DNA from: Acidobacteriota bacterium
GTDB taxonomy: Bacteria > Acidobacteriota > UBA890 > WLXD01
Assembly: GCA_965248695.1 (NCBI GenBank)
Contig: CBDFKD010000002.1
Coordinates: forward strand, 896,001-960,000
DNA length: 64,000 bases
Direction: 5' to 3'
A program made the position numbers and the translations under genes. Shown one piece after another: positions 56,638 through 64,000 of this stretch. The number at the start of each line of letters is the position of its first letter. Position 1 is the first letter of the stretch. Below the pieces are notes generated by a model that was not told the DNA's origin, ran no database searches, and saw nothing but the letters and a program-made list of their open reading frames with translations.

Positions 56638-59427
56638 ATGAAGATCCTCTTTTCGATGCACCACTCCGGAGCGATCCGCAACTTCGGGTCGGTACTCCGC
56701 GGCCTCGCCGACAGAGGGCACGATCTTCATCTGTCGTTCGTCATGACCGACAAGATCGGCGACGAGCGCATCGTCATGGAGCTGTCGAACGATTATCCGA
56801 GAGTCACTTACAGCTGGCTCCCGAAGCGAGGCGGGGTTCGCTGGTTCGATTTCGTCCGGGCGCTCAGACTCACTATCGATCTGCTGCGCTACCGGCTGCC
56901 GATGTACGCCGATGCCAAGTCGCTGCGAGCTCGGGCCGAGCGTCGGGTCTCGCAACCGACCCGATGGTTGACCAGGATCCCGATCTTTCGCTGGAGGTGG
57001 TTCAATCGCGCGACACACCGAGTGTTGCTGATGATCGAGCGCATGATTCCGGTAGATCCGGTGATCGAGGCGGACGCACTGACGCGGGAGCCCGACCTAC
57101 TACTCGTTACCCCGCTCGTCGACTTGGGCTCCGACCAGGTGGACTACATCAAGACAGCCAAGAAGCACGGTATCCGTTCGGGCCTGTGCGTGCACAGTTG
57201 GGACAACCTCACCAACAAAGGCCTGATGCGGATTATCCCCGACCGCGTCTATGTGTGGAACCAGTCGCAACTCGACGAGGCCGTCGTCCACCACGGCGCC
57301 ACCGCGTCACAGGTGGTGGTTACGGGTGCCTCTTCGTACGACTACTGGTTTGATCGTGAACCCAGCCGCGCCCCGGACACCTTCAAGCAGGAAGTCGGCC
57401 TCGAGCCCGACGCGCCCTACCTGCTGTACCTCTGTTCGGCACCCTTCATCGCCCCCACTGAGCTTGACTTCATTGAAGAGTGGGTCGGCGCCGTCCGGTC
57501 CTCCGACGATCCGATGCTGCGCGACATCGGTGTGCTGGTGCGACCCCATCCTGAAAACCGCCAGCCCTGGCATCGAGGCGACCTGAGCGCGCTTGGGAAT
57601 ACGGCGGTTTGGCCGCTGCAGGGAGGCAACCCGGTAAATCGCAGCTCCCGCAGTGACTACTACGACTCGATCTTCCATAGCTGTGGCGTTGTCGGCATCA
57701 ACACCAGCGGCCAGATCGAGGCGGGCATCGTCGGCCGAAAGGTCTTTACGCTACGGCGCCCCGAGTTCGCCGACAGCCAGACGGGAACCCTGCACTTCCG
57801 CCACTTGACCGATGTGGGCGGCGGTTTGGTGCAAGTGGGCGCCGACCTCGCGGAGCACCTCGGCCAGCTTCAAGAGCACGTTAACGGCAACCAAGACGGT
57901 GCCGCTGCGCGCCAGTTCGTTGGCGAGTTCGTGCGGCCGCACGGTCTTGAAGTGAACGCCACCGGACTGTTCCTCGAGGCGCTCCAAGCACAGGGTGCGA
58001 CTCCCCGACCGAAGCCACAAAAGACTCCTATTTGGCTCCTGCCACTACGGTGGCTGTTCGCCCCTGTGGCCGCTGTCATGCACTGGAAGAGCCGGCTGAT
58101 CAGACAGCGCCGCAAAGCGGAGCGCGCGGCGCACGCGGGCGGCAGTCTGCTGGCCCAGGTTCTCGCGGCGCCTCGCAAGCTAGCGGTTCAGAGCCTCTAC
58201 GGAATTCTGTCGCGCAAGCGCGTCCGCAACTTCCTCAACGTGTACGTGATCCCGCGAGTTGCCGACGAGCAACTGGCATTCCGAGAGATGGCGGCGACCA
58301 GGCAGCAGGTCCAGCGGTTGGCGCGCAGCCCTAAAGACACGATCATCGTCGGCCCTTGGCTCAGCGAGGTCGGGTTCGAGGTGCTGTACTGGATCCCTTT
58401 CCTCAACTGGGTCCGAACCTACCGCGACTTCGACCGCAAGCGTCTGTTCGTCGTCTCACGCGGCGGCGTAGCCCACTGGTACAAGACGGTTACCGACAAC
58501 TACTTCGACATCCTCGACTTCATGACCCCCGACGACTATGTGCGCTTCAACGAGGAGCGCCTGGCGCAGGGCAAACAGAAGCAGCGGGCGATGTCGAAAT
58601 TCGATCGCGACATCTTGGGAATCACCAAGCAGGTTCTGAGGCAAAAAGACGCCGAGATCCTCCATCCGGCGACGATGTACAACTTGTTCATGCCCTATTG
58701 GAAGCGCCGCGCATCGATCGGCCTTGTGGAGCGTTTCGCGGTCTACTGCAAGCACCCGCAGATCGACTGTAGCGACATCGAGGAGCGGCTTCCGGACAGC
58801 TACATCGCAACGCGCTTCTACTTCAACGATTCGTTCCCGGAGACGGATCAAAACCGCTTGTTCATCGCCCAGTTGCTGGCCCGACTCACCCGACATCACG
58901 ATGTGGTGTTGCTGAACCCCGGTTTCGCGATGGACGATCACAGCGACTTCAGCCCTGAAGGTCTCGAACGGATACACACGATCGACGACCTGATGACACC
59001 GAGCACCAACCTCGAGCTGCAGACCAAAGTCATCAGCCGCGCCAAAGCGTATGTCGGAACCTACGGTGGGCTTTCGTATCTGCCACCTTTCTACGGAGTC
59101 AGCTCGCTCGCGCTGTACTCGCACCGGCAAGGGTTTCTGTACCACCACCTGGAGTTCGCCAACCGCCTCTTCACGTGTATGGACGACGCTACGTTCACAG
59201 CGATGGACGTGCGCGATACCGACCTGCTCAACATCATCACGGCGGACGGCTTCTTCCCGACGACACCTTCACGCGGCCGTGGCAAGCGGGTCGTGCTTAC
59301 CGGACCGGGCAGCCTCGACACCGAGAAGACAGAGCAGGTGCAGGCGAAGATGGAGGTCCCCTCCTTTCTCACGCCCGACGCGGGGGAGCAAGGAGGTGCA
59401 CGAAGCCCTGATGCCGAGAGCAGCTGA
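56638..59427 (+). CDS. Two-domain transferase: GT-B domain + GT9-like domain
   Basis: SWDNLTNKG/VRPHP/GINTS, followed by IIVGPWLSEVGFEVLYWIPFL, VSRGG and AYVGTYGGLSYL. Confidence 0.8.
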   Translation: MKILFSMHHSGAIRNFGSVLRGLADRGHDLHLSFVMTDKIGDERIVMELSNDYPRVTYSWLPKRGGVRWFDFVRALRLTIDLLRYRLPMYADAKSLRARAERRVSQPTRWLTRIPIFRWRWFNRATHRVLLMIERMIPVDPVIEADALTREPDLLLVTPLVDLGSDQVDYIKTAKKHGIRSGLCVHSWDNLTNKGLMRIIPDRVYVWNQSQLDEAVVHHGATASQVVVTGASSYDYWFDREPSRAPDTFKQEVGLEPDAPYLLYLCSAPFIAPTELDFIEEWVGAVRSSDDPMLRDIGVLVRPHPENRQPWHRGDLSALGNTAVWPLQGGNPVNRSSRSDYYDSIFHSCGVVGINTSGQIEAGIVGRKVFTLRRPEFADSQTGTLHFRHLTDVGGGLVQVGADLAEHLGQLQEHVNGNQDGAAARQFVGEFVRPHGLEVNATGLFLEALQAQGATPRPKPQKTPIWLLPLRWLFAPVAAVMHWKSRLIRQRRKAERAAHAGGSLLAQVLAAPRKLAVQSLYGILSRKRVRNFLNVYVIPRVADEQLAFREMAATRQQVQRLARSPKDTIIVGPWLSEVGFEVLYWIPFLNWVRTYRDFDRKRLFVVSRGGVAHWYKTVTDNYFDILDFMTPDDYVRFNEERLAQGKQKQRAMSKFDRDILGITKQVLRQKDAEILHPATMYNLFMPYWKRRASIGLVERFAVYCKHPQIDCSDIEERLPDSYIATRFYFNDSFPETDQNRLFIAQLLARLTRHHDVVLLNPGFAMDDHSDFSPEGLERIHTIDDLMTPSTNLELQTKVISRAKAYVGTYGGLSYLPPFYGVSSLALYSHRQGFLYHHLEFANRLFTCMDDATFTAMDVRDTDLLNIITADGFFPTTPSRGRGKRVVLTGPGSLDTEKTEQVQAKMEVPSFLTPDAGEQGGARSPDAESS

Positions 59428-59441
59428 TTGAAGGCAGCTTT

Positions 59442-61916
59442 GTGAAGGTCCTGTTCTCGCTGCGCCATTCGTTCGCCATACGAAACTTCGAACCCGTGTT
59501 GCGCGCGCTGGCTGAGCAAGGACACGAGGTACATCTGTCGTTTCTGTCGAGCGGCAAGGCCGGCGGCGATGCCCAGGCCCGGGCACTCGCCGATACGTCA
59601 CCGAACGTGACGTTTGACCGCGTCGCCGAACGCAAACAGCAGCGCTGGTTTCACTTCAGGCGCCGGCTGCGCTTGACGGTCGACAACCTCCGCTACCGGT
59701 TGCCGATGTACGCCGGCGCTTCGAAGCTGCGCCAGCGCGCGCGACGACGACTTCCCGCCTCGCTGCAGAGGACGATCGCTCGGAAGAGTCTCAGCCGGCC
59801 TTGGGTCAACCGGCTGGTAACCCACGCACTGCTTGTCGTCGAGCGGGCCGTTCCTACCGATAAAGCGATTCTCGCCGATGTCGAACGCCACGACCCCGAT
59901 CTGATCGTCGTCAGTCCGCTGGTCGATTTCGGCTCCGACCAAGTCGACTACATCAAAGCTGGGCGCGAGCTCGGAATCTCGACGGCGGTGGCCATCAACA
60001 GCTGGGACAACCTCAGCAACAAGGGCCTGATGCGCGTCATTCCCGACCACGTCTACGTCTGGAATGAAACCCAACTCCGAGAAGCAGTCGAGTACCATGC
60101 CGTGCCCGCCGACAGCGTCGAGATTACGGGAGCTCCGAACTACGACCGATGGTTCGGACGCCAACCGAGCGCGCCGGTCGAGGAATTCAAGCGGCGGGCG
60201 GGCCTCAGCCCCGAAGCACCCTACTTGCTCTACATATGTTCGTCGCCGTTCATCGCCGAGCGCGAACACGAGTTCGTCGAGCGCTGGATCGCCAAGGTCC
60301 GCTCGTCGGATGACCCGCGGCTACGGGGCGCAGGCATACTCGTGCGCCCCCACCCCGAGAACCGGCAGCCGTGGCGACGGCTGGAGAGTGCGCGACTTAC
60401 GAATGTCGCGGTGTGGCCCGCCGCGGGGGCCAATCCCGTTGATCGCGACAGCCAGGCTGACTACTTCGATTCGATGTACTACAGCGGCGCGGTCGTCGGG
60501 ATCAACAGCAGTGGCCTGATCGAGGCAGGGATTGTAGGACAGCGCGTACACACGATCCTGGACCCAGGCTTCACCCTGACGCAGGCTGGCACGATCCACT
60601 TCCACTACCTCGTGAGCGTGGGTGGCGGTCTGCTGCGAGTGGCGCGCGGGTGGCGCGAGCACCTGGAGCAGCTCGTCGAATCTCTTGAGGCTGGCGGTAC
60701 CGCCGAGGACGCCAACCGCGGGTTCGTCCAGGAGTTCGTGCGGCCGCAGGGGCTGGACAAACAAGCCACGATGATCATGGCGAACTCGTTGGTACGGGTC
60801 GGAAGCAGGCCGCGGCCCGCGCCGCGCCCGTCGAGCCTGCTGGAGCGCGGCCTTCGCCGGGTCGTGTCGCCCTATGCCGATCGCATTCAGGCGCACAGCG
60901 GCACGCGCGCGAGATCGGCGAAGCATCGCCTTGGTGATCAGGGCACCGTGCTGCAGACCCTCGAGTCTCTCTCGGGCACGGATGTGGAACGGATCATCCT
61001 CGGACCATGGGTCGGCGACATTCGCAGCGAGGTCCTCTATTGGATTCCGTTCCTTCGTGGGGCCGCCGAGAGCAACCGTTGGGACCGTGAGGAACTGTTG
61101 GCCGTGTCAAGAGGTGGGGCAGGAGTCTGGTATCAGGGATTGGCGTCCACGCGCGTCGAGATCCTGGACTATCTAGACGTTGATGAACTCGCCCGTGGAA
61201 CCAGCCCCGGCGCACCCAACGAACGCCGCGGGAGCCGCTCCGACCTGGACCGCCAGATACTGCGCATCGCCAAGCAGGATACCGGGGCCAAGCACGTGAA
61301 GTCCGTGCACCCGGCGCTGATGTACCGCCTCTTCGCCGCCGCCGAGAAGAAGCCTGCGGACCCAGAGAGATTTCGCGAGCTCGCTGTGTATCGACCGCTT
61401 CCCGAAGTCCCCGTATCCGGTCTGCTCAACGAGCTCCCTGACGACTATGTCGCGGTCAGCTTTTGTTTCAATCCGAGCTTTCCAGACACGGCCGAGAACC
61501 GGCGTTTCGTCGACTCCGTCGTCGAGCGCTTGAGCGCGCGCCTGGCGGTCGTTTTCCTGAGCCCTGACGGCACAGCCGACGGTGTTCACGAGCCCGGTCC
61601 TGGGGCCGGCGCCAGCGGTTACCGGATTCACAACCTGGTGGGCGCGAACCGGATGCTGGCCTTGCAATCCGAAGCGGTCGCAAAGGCGAGGGCATTCGTC
61701 GGCAACGATACCGGGCTCGCCTACGTGGCGCCGTTTCTCGACGTCGAAGCGGTGATCTTCCATTCCGACCCACTCGATGCCGGCGGTGCACACCTGGACT
61801 TCGCCGTTTCCGTGTTATCAGACACGGATGAGACGAGTTGTTTGACAGCCGTGCAGGCGAGCGAGACTGACCTTGTCGACCGCGCGCTCGCAAGGCTCGT
61901 AGGGGCTAGAACATAA
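59442..61916 (+). CDS. Two-domain transferase paralogue: GT-B domain + GT9-like domain
   Basis: SWDNLSNKG/VRPHPEN, followed by IILGPWVGDIRSEVLYWIPFL, VSRGG and AFVGNDTGLAYVA. Confidence 0.8.
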   Translation: MKVLFSLRHSFAIRNFEPVLRALAEQGHEVHLSFLSSGKAGGDAQARALADTSPNVTFDRVAERKQQRWFHFRRRLRLTVDNLRYRLPMYAGASKLRQRARRRLPASLQRTIARKSLSRPWVNRLVTHALLVVERAVPTDKAILADVERHDPDLIVVSPLVDFGSDQVDYIKAGRELGISTAVAINSWDNLSNKGLMRVIPDHVYVWNETQLREAVEYHAVPADSVEITGAPNYDRWFGRQPSAPVEEFKRRAGLSPEAPYLLYICSSPFIAEREHEFVERWIAKVRSSDDPRLRGAGILVRPHPENRQPWRRLESARLTNVAVWPAAGANPVDRDSQADYFDSMYYSGAVVGINSSGLIEAGIVGQRVHTILDPGFTLTQAGTIHFHYLVSVGGGLLRVARGWREHLEQLVESLEAGGTAEDANRGFVQEFVRPQGLDKQATMIMANSLVRVGSRPRPAPRPSSLLERGLRRVVSPYADRIQAHSGTRARSAKHRLGDQGTVLQTLESLSGTDVERIILGPWVGDIRSEVLYWIPFLRGAAESNRWDREELLAVSRGGAGVWYQGLASTRVEILDYLDVDELARGTSPGAPNERRGSRSDLDRQILRIAKQDTGAKHVKSVHPALMYRLFAAAEKKPADPERFRELAVYRPLPEVPVSGLLNELPDDYVAVSFCFNPSFPDTAENRRFVDSVVERLSARLAVVFLSPDGTADGVHEPGPGAGASGYRIHNLVGANRMLALQSEAVAKARAFVGNDTGLAYVAPFLDVEAVIFHSDPLDAGGAHLDFAVSVLSDTDETSCLTAVQASETDLVDRALARLVGART

Positions 61917-61921
61917 GCGCC

Positions 61922-62905
61922 ATGGACGTTGATTTTCGCCACTACCTCGCCGTGCTCGACAAAGTGCGACACATCCAGGAGCCTCCGACCGGAAGTCCGA
62001 CGGTGCCCGATTTCATGTTCGAGGCTTCGCCGGCGCAGGTGCAAACGCTTCGGCACCATTGCCACCACCTCACGGGCGTGTGCAAGGACGACTACGGTGA
62101 GAACCAAACCGAGGCGGGCGATCGCTTGAGGCACAAGCTCACGCGACTGATCAAACTCGGCGGCAAGGACATCCTGGTGCCCGAAGCGTCGGCAATGGGC
62201 GGCTTTGGCTTCCTCTTCGACGAGGAGCTGTACAACCTCGACACGCTGAAGTTCTACGAGGCGCTCATCGCGATGCGCCGGGGTGCCATCCTGGACGACT
62301 TCATGGGCTCCGACGAACGTCAGATCGTCGTTGAGATCGGGGCCGGATGGGGCGGATTTGCCTACCAGTTCAAGACCCTGTGCCCGAACAACACGTATGT
62401 GATTATCGATCGCCCGGAACGATTCCTGTTCTCCGCCGTGTACCTCATGAACCGCTTCCCGGAAGCGATCGTGCGGTTCGTCGAGAAGGAGTCGGATACC
62501 CCGGTCGAGGGCGAGTGGAAGAAGGTCGACTTTCTCTTTGTCCCGCACCGTCACTTTGAAGCATTGCGTCCCGAACGCTTGGATCTCATGATCAACCTGA
62601 CCTCGTTCGAGAGAATGCGAGCCTCGAAGGTGGCGGCCTACTTGCGTTGGGCGTTTGAGCTCGATTGTCCGCTCCTCTACAGCTTCAACCGCGACCGTCT
62701 CGCGGCTGACGACGAGGCGACCAGTCTCACCGATACCATCCGGCGGAAGTACTGGCCGCATGACATTCCTGTAATGCCGGTCGACTTCAACGAGATGCTC
62801 GACGGTCTGGTGCGCGGCAAGTCACTGCGCGCCCGTCTCGAGCGCCAGCAAGAGGGCCGGGGCGAGTACCGCCACATCATCGGTTGGCGCCGGTTGCTCA
62901 CGTAA
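61922..62905 (+). CDS. Putative sugar O-methyltransferase (TIGR04371-like)
   Basis: LRHHCHHLTG, GGFGF, YNLDTLKFYE and EIGAGWGGFAYQFKTL; paralogue of the N-terminal domain of 52940. Confidence 0.85.
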   Translation: MDVDFRHYLAVLDKVRHIQEPPTGSPTVPDFMFEASPAQVQTLRHHCHHLTGVCKDDYGENQTEAGDRLRHKLTRLIKLGGKDILVPEASAMGGFGFLFDEELYNLDTLKFYEALIAMRRGAILDDFMGSDERQIVVEIGAGWGGFAYQFKTLCPNNTYVIIDRPERFLFSAVYLMNRFPEAIVRFVEKESDTPVEGEWKKVDFLFVPHRHFEALRPERLDLMINLTSFERMRASKVAAYLRWAFELDCPLLYSFNRDRLAADDEATSLTDTIRRKYWPHDIPVMPVDFNEMLDGLVRGKSLRARLERQQEGRGEYRHIIGWRRLLT

Positions 62906-63136
62906 CAACGGCCCGCCGCTACCGTACTCACGTGCGACGCCCCGGGGACAAGAGGTTCTGCAGGGTGGGTTAATCTAGCTATCGACTCCAGGAGCGTGCC
63001 GGAGACGATTTCGGCGCGACGGAGCTTTGGGACAACAACCCTCCGCCACCCGGTGCAGGTTCGATTTGAGCCCTTCGCGTACGCGCCGTCCTTTGCCTCT
63101 CCTGATACAGCCCGCGCGACGGACTCGCGGGCCCTC

Positions 63137-64000
63137 GTGAGCTCCGTTCGGGTGTTCTCGGCGGCGCTGACCGATCGCATTCCTTCAGGCTGGAGTACCG
63201 CCGCAGGGGCCGGTGTCGCTGTCGCCCTTGTCAGCTTCCTCGCGGCAACGCTGCTGCTTCCTTCGGGCCCCTTGGTCAACGTCCGGTGGGTCGATGGCAT
63301 CAGCCAAGAGGAGCGCTCAGCGGCGATCCGAGATCTTGGCTTGGAGGCTGGTGAGCAGCTCGAAGGGACAACCTGGCAGTATGAGCTCCCCGATCCTACG
63401 CGGGAGCGTCTGACGGCGCTCGTGCGACACCCGTCGGTTGACGACACCCACAGATTCGACCTCGGCCCCCCTCTGATCCCGCCTGTCCAGCCGCTCCGCC
63501 CGGGGGTCGTTGCCCTGCTAATCGGTCTCGCCACCTCGGCGGTATGGCGAGCGGCGCCGGTCGTGTGGGTAGCCGTCGCTTGGGCGACTCACCGAGCAAT
63601 CACTCAGTGGACCCCGGCTCTCAGAAGTAGCCTGGCGCGACGCAATCAGACGACTCTGTTTGCCGGGTCACTCGTCATCCTGGCCGCAGCAGTGCACGGA
63701 CCCTATCTATCGGGTCTCGGGTTCTACTGGGACGAATGGCCGCTGGTGATGAACGGTATGCGGGAGGGAGGTCAGGCAATCGCGATGAGCCGCGGCGGTG
63801 CGCACCCGCTGGCCTTCCAAGTGTGGGGGTTGGCCTACGGGCTCTTCGGTCCAACGCCGTGGCCATACCATCTTTGGGTATTCCTGGCGCGGCTCGTACT
63901 GGCGCTGGGCGTGGCCTGGACCGCGGCCTGTCTGTGGCCGCGTTCTTCATTGGTCTTCGCTAGCGCCGCGCTCGCTCTGGTCTATCCGGGCTTTCTCCAT
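63137..64000 (+). CDS. Polytopic membrane protein, GT-C-like (3' partial; not in the ORF track)
   Basis: Open frame to the window end: TM, VNVRW...GTTWQYEL...ALVRHPSVDDTHRFD loop, LGFYWDEW and further TM segments ending LVYPGFLH. The start could be as early as 62996. Confidence 0.7.
   Translation, partial: MSSVRVFSAALTDRIPSGWSTAAGAGVAVALVSFLAATLLLPSGPLVNVRWVDGISQEERSAAIRDLGLEAGEQLEGTTWQYELPDPTRERLTALVRHPSVDDTHRFDLGPPLIPPVQPLRPGVVALLIGLATSAVWRAAPVVWVAVAWATHRAITQWTPALRSSLARRNQTTLFAGSLVILAAAVHGPYLSGLGFYWDEWPLVMNGMREGGQAIAMSRGGAHPLAFQVWGLAYGLFGPTPWPYHLWVFLARLVLALGVAWTAACLWPRSSLVFASAALALVYPGFLH

Overview
GC-rich bacterial DNA; the gene families are compatible with Acidobacteriota- or Gemmatimonadota-like organisms, but taxonomy cannot be fixed from this window. 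An IS3-family element (37591-38862) without a target duplication splits the window and truncates the genes on both sides. The left part (1-37.6 kb) is mixed metabolic, regulatory and accessory DNA. It carries modC, msrA, a leuB-like dehydrogenase, NDH-2, peptidases, a TonB-dependent receptor, two TrmH methyltransferases and two ECF sigma modules (VIT/vWA-ECF-zinc anti-sigma; ECF43-like plus a truncated Ser/Thr kinase). It also carries three TA or TA-like pairs and two inverted copies of a 279-bp CTAG-bounded, highly structured MITE-like element. The right part (38.9-64 kb) is a surface-glycan locus with two sulfotransferase-like proteins, a NodU/CmcH carbamoyltransferase, two putative sugar O-methyltransferases, several GT-B and GT2 proteins, Wzm and two GT-C-like membrane proteins. 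The strongest novelty candidates are a Wzt-like ABC domain with degenerate catalytic motifs fused to a GT9-like domain that recurs in two neighbouring two-domain transferases, and the structured MITE with compensatory changes. Several apparent indels and deletions could be assembly errors. No rRNA, tRNA or CRISPR array was seen. All family calls come from motif recognition by eye, not from database searches.
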